NCBI GenBank assembly: GCA_008501655.1
Contig: QQUK01000150.1
Location: 1 to 32,923, forward strand
Length of the DNA: 32,923 bases
Source of the DNA: Calditrichota bacterium
GTDB taxonomy: Bacteria > Zixibacteria > MSB-5A5 > GN15 > FEB-12
Direction: 5' to 3'
The translations under genes were made by a program, and so were the position numbers. The first letter of the stretch is position 1; each line of letters begins with the position of its first letter. Below the pieces are notes generated by a model, which searched no databases, was not told where the DNA came from, and worked only from the letters and a program-made list of their open reading frames with translations. This document shows positions 24,523-32,923 of this stretch, piece by piece.

Positions 24523-26730
24523 ATGACTCATTACAAAACATTTTTTATATCTTTTGCCCTTTTAATTCTGATAACGGCTACCAAAGGCCGTTCAACAGAA
24601 TCATTGGATTTAGATATTAATACTTTGGACACACTTGCATACTTCTGTTCGGTAGATGAAAATTGGTTGTATATTAAAGATGATAAACCTGAATATAAAA
24701 AACTTTCGTATAATGATTCCGGGTGGATCAAAATAGCTCCTTTAATTGATGTCGATTCTGTTGAAAATTACACTTACGGATGGTTTCGTCTCCATCTTAA
24801 TGTTGATTCTTCATTATTCAATAAAAAAGTATATGTTACATGCGTTCAGATCGGCGCGATTGAACTTTATTATAATGAAGAGTTAATATACTCACTTGGA
24901 ACTGTCGGTAAAACCAAAGAATCGGAAATCGCATATTTTCGTCCGAACTATAGCCTCCCATTCGAACTAGAGATTGAGCCGAGAGAAAAACAACTGTTAG
25001 CCGTACGATATTCAGCTGTTAATGAAGAATTGAGAATTCTTCATAACATTGGCGGTGGGTTTGTAATAAAAGCTGATACAGCAAAAAGCGTTATCGCAAA
25101 ATTTCAAGAAGAATCAAATCGTATTGTAAAACACCAGATGTTTTTTACGGGGCTTTGTTTCGCTCTGTTTATCCTGCATATACTCATGTTTCTTTTTTAT
25201 AGAAAATCAAATATCAATCTGTATTTTGCACTCTTCACATTAAGTTGTGCCTTGCTTTCTTATGCTCCGATAGAGTTTAACAAAGCCGGTGTAATCGAAA
25301 AAGCAGTTAATTTGCTCTACCTGTTTAAGCTCTCTTTAATCGGCTGTTCGGTTATGGCAATTCGTGTCCTCTATGCCATTTATTATGAAACAGTTCCCCG
25401 TTCATTTAAATATTTTGCCGGTGCCGGTATCATTATTATGCTGTTTCAATCATATATCAATTTTATGCTGTTTTATGTTATAACCCTCCTTTACTTTCTT
25501 GAAGTGTTCCGGGTTATTCTCAAAGCTATCAAAGATAAAAAAGAAAATCTCTGGATTATTACAACCGGATTTGTTGTCTTTTTACTTTTTTCTACATATC
25601 AAATGTTTCTGGAACTTCTGCAAGTTCCAAATTGGGATTTTTCTCTGATACAGCCGTATATGATTGGTCTCTTTACCCTGATGATTGCTCTTTCCGCTTA
25701 TATTGCACATTCTATATCAGCAACAAATCTTAAACTTGAAAATAAGCTAACTGAAGTAAAAGAGCTATCTGAACATGCATTAGAACAGGAACGATTCGCT
25801 CAGGAACAACAGATGAAGCAGAAACTTCTTGAAGCTGATATCGAACACCAAAAAGAACAAATTGAAAAAGGTAAAGAACTTGAAAAAGCATACAAAGAAC
25901 TCGAAGCAGCGACTAAAAAAATACAGGACACCCAAACTCAGCTTATTCAATCGGAAAAGATGGCATCACTCGGTCAGTTAGTTGCCGGCGTTGCTCATGA
26001 AGTTAACAATCCTATCGGAGCGATCAAAAGTATTCATGCAACGCAGGTAAAGGCTTACGAACGGCTGAAAGAACAACTCACAAATCTTGAAAAACTAAAT
26101 GATTCAGATAGAGAGAAATTTACCAAATATTTGAAAATTATCGAAAATGCAAACTCAGTTATTTCAAACGGCTCAGACCGGGTTTCAGAAATTGTCAGGC
26201 GGCTAAAAAGTTTTGCACGACTTGATGAAGCTGAGTTACAACGAATAGACATCAACGACTGTATTGATGATACACTTTCATTGATTCATCATGAAATTAA
26301 ACATGACATCATTGTTAATAAAATCTGCGGTGAAGTCCCGTTGATCGCCTGTTATCCGGGACAATTGAACCAGGTTCTTTTAAATCTGTTGATAAACGCG
26401 AAACATGCGGTCAATGATGTCGACCGTAAAGGCGAGATTCATATTTCAACCAATTTTATTGAAAATCGTGTTTTGATTATTATTGAAGATAACGGCAAAG
26501 GAATCCCAAAAGAGAATCTGACAAAAGTCTTTGATCCGGGATTTACAACAAAAGGTGTAGGAGTCGGTACCGGGTTGGGTCTCTCAATCTGTTACCAGAT
26601 TATAAAGGACCATCATGGCGAGATAAAAGTTGAAAGTAAAGTAGGTGCCGGCTCAATGTTTGTGATTGATCTGCCGGTAAACTTAGAAGAAATACTCGGT
26701 AAAAAAATTACCGATTCAACTCAAACTTAA
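24523..26730 (+). CDS. 7TM-DISM sensor histidine kinase
   Basis: N-terminal extracytoplasmic domain (YGWFRLHLNV, 7TMR-DISMED2-like), seven consecutive TM helices, a coiled coil, H-box SEKMASLGQLVAGVAHEVNNPIGAI and HATPase blocks NLLINAKHA, DNGKGIP and GVGTGLGLSI. Confidence 0.85.
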   Translation: MTHYKTFFISFALLILITATKGRSTESLDLDINTLDTLAYFCSVDENWLYIKDDKPEYKKLSYNDSGWIKIAPLIDVDSVENYTYGWFRLHLNVDSSLFNKKVYVTCVQIGAIELYYNEELIYSLGTVGKTKESEIAYFRPNYSLPFELEIEPREKQLLAVRYSAVNEELRILHNIGGGFVIKADTAKSVIAKFQEESNRIVKHQMFFTGLCFALFILHILMFLFYRKSNINLYFALFTLSCALLSYAPIEFNKAGVIEKAVNLLYLFKLSLIGCSVMAIRVLYAIYYETVPRSFKYFAGAGIIIMLFQSYINFMLFYVITLLYFLEVFRVILKAIKDKKENLWIITTGFVVFLLFSTYQMFLELLQVPNWDFSLIQPYMIGLFTLMIALSAYIAHSISATNLKLENKLTEVKELSEHALEQERFAQEQQMKQKLLEADIEHQKEQIEKGKELEKAYKELEAATKKIQDTQTQLIQSEKMASLGQLVAGVAHEVNNPIGAIKSIHATQVKAYERLKEQLTNLEKLNDSDREKFTKYLKIIENANSVISNGSDRVSEIVRRLKSFARLDEAELQRIDINDCIDDTLSLIHHEIKHDIIVNKICGEVPLIACYPGQLNQVLLNLLINAKHAVNDVDRKGEIHISTNFIENRVLIIIEDNGKGIPKENLTKVFDPGFTTKGVGVGTGLGLSICYQIIKDHHGEIKVESKVGAGSMFVIDLPVNLEEILGKKITDSTQT

Positions 26731-26733
26731 TCT

Positions 26734-29526
26734 ATGCTAAAATCAGCCCGTTCCATATTTGATATCAGAGAAGGAGAGTATAAGATAACTTTTCTGATGC
26801 TTGCCAATATTTATCTGATACTCCTGACATTCTATTTTCTCAAACCTGCCCGTGATTCTCTCTTTTTAGTGGAACTGGGTGCTGACCAGCTCCCCTATGT
26901 ATTCATTCTCACCGCATTGATTGTGATACCAATAACCACCTTGTATTCCAAAGCAAGCCGGATATTAAAACTGAACCGGCTAATCATATATACGAATGTG
27001 GCTCTGATTTTTTGTCTTTTTATATTAAGGTACTTGATGATTCATCCAAATGACTGGGTCCCCTATCTTTTTTATTCCTGGGTTTCAATTTATGGCGCTT
27101 TGACGACTTCACAGTTCTGGTTATTAGCAAATCATATCTATACCGCTACTCAGGCAAAGCGGTTGTTTTCACTTCTTGGGCTTGGTGCTATTTTTGGCGC
27201 ATTTTCCGGAGGTGAAATTACAAATATAATGGTCGATTATATGAATGTATCAACCGAAGATCTTTTATTGTTTTGTGCCGGCTTTGTCTTCTTCTCGATA
27301 CTGCTCATTAAACTAATTTGGAACTCAAAAAAAACTGAAATCGAGCTGCAACACAGACAGCTTAAAAAAGAACCACAAAGAAAAGAATCACTTTGGACTA
27401 TTTTTGAATCAATAAAAACTTCAAAACACCTTATGTTAATAGTTGGAATTCTATCTATTACAATGATTGTAGGTTCACTGATAGACTTTCAGTTTAAAGC
27501 TATTTCAACCGAATCATTCACCGATACTACAACTGGTATAGTAAATAAATCGGAGTTAACAGCATTTTTAGGAACTTTCTATGGAAGACTTTCATTAGCA
27601 TCTATATTTATACAGATGTTTCTTGCCGGAAAAGTTATCAAAAAATTCGGTGTCGGCACAATTATCCTGTTACTGCCAATTGGATTGCTATTAGGTTCTG
27701 TTGCATTCTTTGCTTACACATCACTGATTTCTGCTGTTCTTCTCCGTGGTACTGATGGCGCATTAAAAAATTCAATTGATAAAACCGGGAGGGAGTTACT
27801 TTTTTTACCGGTTACTCCGGAATTGAAAAAGAGAACAAAACTCTTCATCGATCTTTTTGTCGACAGAGTTGCCAGAGGGCTTGCCGGTTTTCTTTTACTT
27901 TTACTGATCGCTGTTTTTCATTACGATGAGGACCCTGTGTCCGCGATGCAGTCAATTTCTTTGGTCATCGGATTGTTTGTTACTGTTTGGCTAATACTCG
28001 CCTTTCTGATGCGTGTTGAATATGTGAATACTTTCCGTCAGGCGATTGAAAACAGAGAATTGAATCTTTCAGAAATTCGCCAGCAAATTAACGAATCATC
28101 TACAATCAACATCCTCATCACTTCATTGCAAAGCAGCAACCAACGAGAGATTATCTATGCCCTTGATATGCTTGAAGGGATCAAGAATGAATCCCTTATT
28201 GACCCGCTGAACAAGCTTCTACAGCATAATTCTGATGAAATTGTTATTAAAACACTGAAGCTCTTGAAACATAACTATGAAGAGATTGAAATCACCAACA
28301 TAAAATCGTTTGTTGATTCACCAAATCCACAGATTCGAATTCAGGCTCTCCATATTCTCATGCTCAAAGAATCCGATAGATCAGATGAACTTGTTCAGTC
28401 ATATTTGACGCATGAAAATGTTGAACATAGAATAACAGCTATTTGTATGCTTTCTGAAATTGGTACAAATAAACAAACTGCCCTTATAAATGATGTGATG
28501 ATATCAAATATCATTACGTTTTCGGAAGACAATCAGGAAAATCTGAAACTTCTTGTTCGTGCACTCGGTCAACTTCAGAATCCTGAATACTCCAAATATG
28601 TCGGCCGGATGCTCGACCATCCCTCCGATGAAATCGGTAACGAAGCCATAAAGGCGATCAGGAAATTAAAAGATCTTGAGTTTACCAATTGGCTGATCAA
28701 GGCTCTTGCTGATAGCCGGTATCGGGTTGAAGCAAGAAAAACATTAGCATCATTTGGTACATTGATCCTTTATAGACTCAACGAACAATTGAATGATTTT
28801 ACAACATCCTGGCAGATTAAAATTCAATTACCGAAAACAATGAGCCTGATTCATGATCAGATGTCGATTGATATCCTGACCGCATCACTTAGTCACACAG
28901 TAGAAAATTTGAAGTTTCATATTATAAAAGCCCTGAGTAAACTTCGGGTAAATTGTCCTGATCTTAATTTTTATCAGAAAAAGATAGATCAATTTATCAT
29001 TTCCGAAATTAAAATGTATTATCAATATGAACAGATACTATCTGTGATAGCTCAAAATAGTGATGATGAAAAGCTTCTCCATAAATCAATCGAAGAGAGT
29101 CAGAATTTAAAAATTGAACAGATATTCAGGTTACTTGGACTATATTTAAATCCGACAGATATTTACAATGCTTACCAGGCAGTAGTCAGCAAAGACAAAA
29201 ACAGGCAGTCATCAGCTGTCGAACTTTTAGATAATATCTTAAGTAGAGAATTAAAAAAGTATCTGCTTCCTATATTCGATGAACAAGACCGAGATAAAAT
29301 AGTTAATACTGGTAGAGAACTCTATAAACTAAAAAGATTAAGCAGCGAAGGTGCTCTGCTGCTTCTTGTTGATGGTAAAGATATCTGGCTGAAATCACTC
29401 GCCACTTATGTAGCCCGAAATCAGCAAACAGATAAAATTACAAAATCAGTACAGAAACTTCAGAACTATAAAATTACTGTTGTAAATGAAGCTGTTGAAC
29501 TATATCTTAATACAGCAGATAGGTAA
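26734..29526 (+). CDS. TLC-like transporter domain fused to a long C-terminal HEAT-repeat domain
   Basis: The N-terminal ~430 aa are paralogous to 19307-20653 (IYLILLTFYFLKPARDSLFL; FWLLANHIYTATQAKRLFSLLGLGAIFGAFSG). The C-terminal ~480 aa carry HEAT/PBS-lyase-like repeats (NQREIIYALDMLEGI, NPQIRIQALHIL, VEHRITAICMLSEIG, SDEIGNEAIKAIRKL, SRYRVEARKTLASFG). Confidence 0.72.
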   Translation: MLKSARSIFDIREGEYKITFLMLANIYLILLTFYFLKPARDSLFLVELGADQLPYVFILTALIVIPITTLYSKASRILKLNRLIIYTNVALIFCLFILRYLMIHPNDWVPYLFYSWVSIYGALTTSQFWLLANHIYTATQAKRLFSLLGLGAIFGAFSGGEITNIMVDYMNVSTEDLLLFCAGFVFFSILLIKLIWNSKKTEIELQHRQLKKEPQRKESLWTIFESIKTSKHLMLIVGILSITMIVGSLIDFQFKAISTESFTDTTTGIVNKSELTAFLGTFYGRLSLASIFIQMFLAGKVIKKFGVGTIILLLPIGLLLGSVAFFAYTSLISAVLLRGTDGALKNSIDKTGRELLFLPVTPELKKRTKLFIDLFVDRVARGLAGFLLLLLIAVFHYDEDPVSAMQSISLVIGLFVTVWLILAFLMRVEYVNTFRQAIENRELNLSEIRQQINESSTINILITSLQSSNQREIIYALDMLEGIKNESLIDPLNKLLQHNSDEIVIKTLKLLKHNYEEIEITNIKSFVDSPNPQIRIQALHILMLKESDRSDELVQSYLTHENVEHRITAICMLSEIGTNKQTALINDVMISNIITFSEDNQENLKLLVRALGQLQNPEYSKYVGRMLDHPSDEIGNEAIKAIRKLKDLEFTNWLIKALADSRYRVEARKTLASFGTLILYRLNEQLNDFTTSWQIKIQLPKTMSLIHDQMSIDILTASLSHTVENLKFHIIKALSKLRVNCPDLNFYQKKIDQFIISEIKMYYQYEQILSVIAQNSDDEKLLHKSIEESQNLKIEQIFRLLGLYLNPTDIYNAYQAVVSKDKNRQSSAVELLDNILSRELKKYLLPIFDEQDRDKIVNTGRELYKLKRLSSEGALLLLVDGKDIWLKSLATYVARNQQTDKITKSVQKLQNYKITVVNEAVELYLNTADR

Positions 29527-29529
29527 ATT

Positions 29530-29967
29530 ATGTTAAGTATAATTGAAAAAGTTCTCTTTTTACAGAATATTGATGTTTTTGATCAGGTTCCATCGGAACT
29601 TCTTGCTATGCTTGCAGCAATCACTACAGATATTAAAATTCCAAAAGATTCTACAATATATAATATTAATGACCACTCCGATGCGATGTATCTTGTATTA
29701 AGCGGTTCTGTTAAACTGCATATAGATAACAGAGAAATATCAACAGCAAAAAGTAAAGATGCTTTCGGTACCTGGGCACTCTTTGACGATTCACCGAGAG
29801 TTGTTACAGCGGTTACGCTTGAGGATACACATCTCTTAAAAATCGACAGAGAAGAATTTGTTGATCTACTTGCCGACAATGTGCGCATCACTCAGGCAAT
29901 AATGAAAACACTTGTGCAGAGAATGAGAAACCTTGTAAATCGGATTGATATTAGTAGTAATAAATAA
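29530..29967 (+). CDS. Cyclic-nucleotide-binding (cNMP/CAP-effector) domain protein
   Basis: 145 aa with the layout F..V....L..L......I.KD..IY...D..DAMYLVLSGSVKL...FG..ALFD..PR..T..A...T.LLKI.REEF. It has no DNA-binding domain. Confidence 0.78.
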   Translation: MLSIIEKVLFLQNIDVFDQVPSELLAMLAAITTDIKIPKDSTIYNINDHSDAMYLVLSGSVKLHIDNREISTAKSKDAFGTWALFDDSPRVVTAVTLEDTHLLKIDREEFVDLLADNVRITQAIMKTLVQRMRNLVNRIDISSNK

Positions 29968-31529
29968 TGACAAATTCAGATAAGCATAATCATACCGATT
30001 CAATGGAAAAATTCCAACAGATGGTCGAATTTTCAAATGATGCTATATTTTTAATCGACCCAGACAATGCGGCTATCATCTATGCAAATCTGAAAGCTGA
30101 AAAATACTGCCAACTTGATAGAGAGAAATTATACGGATTAAAAGTTTGGGAATTACATCCGGAAGATGAAAAAGATAAAGTTCAAAATGTATTTGAAACA
30201 GTTAAAAAGGAATCTTTTGGATATCATAACGAACTTAATCTCCTGAGACCAGATAAGTCAACTCTTGTAGTCGATGTTTCCTCAACAATGATTACCTGCA
30301 ATGGTATTCAGGTAATTCAGAGAATTTGTCATGATATCACTAATCGTAAAAAATTGATGGAAGATAAACAGCAAATCTTAGATACTTTTAGGCTTGTTTT
30401 GGATATGATGCCGGTAGGATTTGGAATACGGTCTGATTTAAATGGAACACCTAAAATTATTTTTGAAAATATTCAGTTAAAAAAAATGTTTCATACAGAT
30501 GATCAAGACCACAATCATGATCACTGGGATATAGTTGGTAAATCAGACGTTATTTGCGAAAATGTGGTAATAGATGAGAACGGGACCTACGTAGAGGAGC
30601 ACAAACTCCCCGATGGCCGGATTATGCAGTTTACAATCTCGTATATACGGGATCTATATAATGAATGGCGTGAACTGCAGATAGTGCGCGATGTCACCAA
30701 ACGGCGTGAACTTGAACAGGAACTCATCTCAGCTAAAGAAAATCTCGAAGAAAAAGTAAAAGAACGCACTCTTGAATTACAAGAAAAACAAACACAGCTC
30801 ATTCAGGCGGAAAAAATGGCTGCACTCGGCAATCTTGTTGCCGGAGTAGCACATGAAATCAATACTCCGATGGGTGCTTTAAAGAGCAATAATGACCTTT
30901 TTAAGCGGTATATGCTCAAAATTAAAAATATTATTGAATCTTCAGAAAATTCTAAACAACTCATGGGTTCTTTAGCAAAGTTTTTTGAGAATATTGATAA
31001 ATTAAATGATATCAACGAAACAGCGGCGGAACGAATTATCAAAATCGTTCAATCATTAAAGAATTTTGCAAGACTTGATCAATCAGAAAAAGATACAGTG
31101 GATATCCATGAAGGCATTGAATCTACATTGACATTAATTCACCATGAGATTAAAAATAAGATAATTATCGAAAAAGATTATAAGCTTACCAGTATGATTA
31201 ATTGTTATCCGAACCAGCTAAATCAGGTATTCATGAATATTCTGGTTAATGCCGCTCAGGCAATTGAAAAAGAAGGGACAATTAAGATTAAGACTTATCA
31301 ACAGTACTCATCTGCTTATATTGAAATTTCTGACACCGGTAAAGGAATACCTGAATCCGAGCAAAACAGGATTTTTGACCCCGGTTTTACTACCAAAGGA
31401 GTCGGTATAGGTACCGGGCTCGGATTGTCAATTGTACATCAGATTATTCAGCACCATAATGGTGATATTTCTCTTTTGAGTGAAGAAAATAAAGGAACTA
31501 CTTTTACAATTTGTCTCCCCATCAAGTAA
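29967..31529 (+). CDS. Cytoplasmic PAS-domain sensor histidine kinase
   Basis: PAS block FQQMVEFSNDAIFLIDPDNAAIIYAN...CHDITNRK, a second PAS-like region ending VRDVTKRRELE, H-box AEKMAALGNLVAGVAHEINTPMGAL, and HATPase blocks NILVNAAQA, DTGKGIP and GIGTGLGLSI. The ATG overlaps the upstream stop (TAATG). Confidence 0.85.
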   Translation: MTNSDKHNHTDSMEKFQQMVEFSNDAIFLIDPDNAAIIYANLKAEKYCQLDREKLYGLKVWELHPEDEKDKVQNVFETVKKESFGYHNELNLLRPDKSTLVVDVSSTMITCNGIQVIQRICHDITNRKKLMEDKQQILDTFRLVLDMMPVGFGIRSDLNGTPKIIFENIQLKKMFHTDDQDHNHDHWDIVGKSDVICENVVIDENGTYVEEHKLPDGRIMQFTISYIRDLYNEWRELQIVRDVTKRRELEQELISAKENLEEKVKERTLELQEKQTQLIQAEKMAALGNLVAGVAHEINTPMGALKSNNDLFKRYMLKIKNIIESSENSKQLMGSLAKFFENIDKLNDINETAAERIIKIVQSLKNFARLDQSEKDTVDIHEGIESTLTLIHHEIKNKIIIEKDYKLTSMINCYPNQLNQVFMNILVNAAQAIEKEGTIKIKTYQQYSSAYIEISDTGKGIPESEQNRIFDPGFTTKGVGIGTGLGLSIVHQIIQHHNGDISLLSEENKGTTFTICLPIK

Positions 31530-31591
31530 ATTCATTGAAACAATTGCTCTGTTTATGTATATATAGAGATAACAAACGAAGGAGTAGATAA

Positions 31592-32074
31592 ATGTCAGAT
31601 ACAGATAATGATAAAGTTGTATTAATCGTTGATGATGAAGAGATGGTTCTAAGTTCTATCAGTTCATTTCTGGAACTTGAAACATCTTATAAAGTAGTAA
31701 CATTTACAGAACCGGGAAAAGCATTGGAATACGTAAATGAAAACTCAATTGACCTGGTTATTTCTGATTACCTGATGCCGCATATGAACGGTATACAGTT
31801 TCTAAGCAAAATGAAAGAAGTTATGCCTCAGGTTCCCCGTATTATCCTGACCGGCTATGCCGATAAAGAAAATGCTATCAAGGCAATTAATGATGTCGGT
31901 TTATTTCAGTATATAGAAAAACCGTGGGATAACGATGATATTCTTCTGATTATCCGAAACGGTCTGGAACGGAAAGAACTAATGAAAAAACTCGATGATA
32001 AGATTTCACAGATTAACGCTGCATACAGTGAACTTCAGGGGTTGCATAAAGAGATTGTGAAAACTTTTATATAA
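31592..32074 (+). CDS. Stand-alone response-regulator receiver (CheY-like) with a short coiled-coil tail
   Basis: VDDEE acidic pocket, phospho-acceptor in LVISDYLMP, LTGY, KPW, and a GGAG RBS upstream. There is no output domain. Confidence 0.9.
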   Translation: MSDTDNDKVVLIVDDEEMVLSSISSFLELETSYKVVTFTEPGKALEYVNENSIDLVISDYLMPHMNGIQFLSKMKEVMPQVPRIILTGYADKENAIKAINDVGLFQYIEKPWDNDDILLIIRNGLERKELMKKLDDKISQINAAYSELQGLHKEIVKTFI

Positions 32075-32539
32075 GAGAAATTATAAAATCTACACCATTG
32101 TAATTATAGGTCGACAGAATAATTACTTTAAACGGTGGAAAATGCAGCGATCAGAACTCACATCCCGATTTGATGAACCGCTGTACACTATATAGCAAAC
32201 TAGCCCAAAATCAGATTCTGTTATAGATACAATTTCTTTTAAACAGATTAATAAACTGTGGTGGCGTAGACTCCATACTTGCGTTATAGCACAAGAACTT
32301 ACACCCTATTGTGATCTCACTATCACATTTTTATACAATCATTAAATACTTTATGCTATGATCTGTTTATCTCTGAACGTAAGTGCCTACATACAATATG
32401 TACAGTATATTTAATATTTGTGGTTATGATATTGATACTTATATGATTTGGACATAACAGATATACATTTAGCCATTCAGACCGTAAATCGTTAACTTCA
32501 CTTAAACATTCAATAATTACACGTTTTTAATATTGTTTT

Positions 32540-32670
32540 TATAACATATATACTAAACACTTATTTTATCTGTTTATCACTTATTTCTCTTGACATCTAA
32601 GCATATTATAACTATTTTCATACTACAGTTACTATAACATTATATATACTAAACATTTATTTCTTTGGAC
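32540..32670. repeat. Two direct copies of an AT-rich motif (TATAACAT..ATATACTAAACA[C/T]TTATTT..CT[C/T]T[T/G]GAC), with an inverted core copy at 32765-32774
   Basis: Copy A is 32540-32594 and copy B is 32633-32670. The core ATACTAAACA sits at 32550-32559 and 32646-32655, with its reverse complement at 32765-32774. All were read directly. Confidence 0.5.
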
Positions 32671-32923
32671 GAGAGGTAATGACGATTGAACTCAATCCTA
32701 TATACATTATCGGTATAACCCTCTGTAAATAGATAAACAACATAAATATTTAGTAAAATCATTATGTTTAGTATTTGTATAAATTACCCTCTTTTTCCTA
32801 TTGAAAGGAGGTTTAAATAAGGAAAAGGGTATCAGATGATTTAGGAGCAATTAACCGGATTATAAAAAACGGATTAAGGAGATATTAGAAGATCTTATTT
32901 AAATGCATTTGCTAAAACTATAA

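Noticed and set aside
32075-32923. AT-rich tail considered as a replication origin, CRISPR leader or IS/MITE
   Set aside because: I could find no cluster of TTATCCACA-type DnaA boxes, no repeat-spacer array, no flanking terminal inverted repeats with target duplication, and no transposase. It is kept only as a low-confidence finding.
32805-32923. Two strong SD-like sequences (AAGGAGG at 32805-32811, AAGGAG at 32876-32881) as gene starts
   Set aside because: The only ATGs downstream open 2-6-codon ORFs. The one frame open to the window edge has no ATG, GTG or TTG after its preceding stop.

Overview
Densely coding, moderately AT-rich bacterial chromosomal window with about 30 genes. I found no rRNA, tRNA, CRISPR array, transposase or integrase by eye. 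All family calls come from motif recognition in the supplied translations, plus my own translation of regions missing from the ORF track. No searches were run. Layout: (1) A minus-strand trehalose module at 1-2636: an edge-truncated OtsB-type phosphatase, a TreT-type GT4 synthase and a conserved unknown. It is followed by an Hsp20 C-terminal relic with an in-frame stop, an SDR oxidoreductase and an RRM RNA-binding protein. (2) A minus-strand block at 4707-10647: a Hanks Ser/Thr kinase with a TolB-like+TPR tail, an EamA exporter, and a three-gene amidoligase module (RLAN-domain protein, RimK-type ATP-grasp, GNAT fused to a C39-like cysteine peptidase). (3) A hemerythrin, then a DUF134 HTH protein plus a NifX-like protein with an RG-rich tail. 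(4) Divergent from (3), a Cus/Czc-type heavy-metal RND operon at 12414-19108. It encodes a Cys-cluster secreted protein, a TolC-family channel, an adaptor with five CxxC heavy-metal-binding modules (four from an old tandem duplication), and a CusA pump broken by a 1-nt frameshift in a GGGG run. (5) A near-gapless nine-gene plus-strand cluster at 19307-32074: TLC/ATP-ADP-translocase-like transporter, Omp85 barrel, exported lipoprotein with kinase-like catalytic motifs, PAP2 phosphatase, 7TM-DISM histidine kinase, TLC-HEAT fusion, cNMP-binding protein, PAS histidine kinase and an output-less receiver. (6) An ORF-free, very AT-rich tail of about 850 nt with short direct and inverted repeats. The nine-gene cluster is my best candidate for an undescribed system, and the amidoligase module is second.
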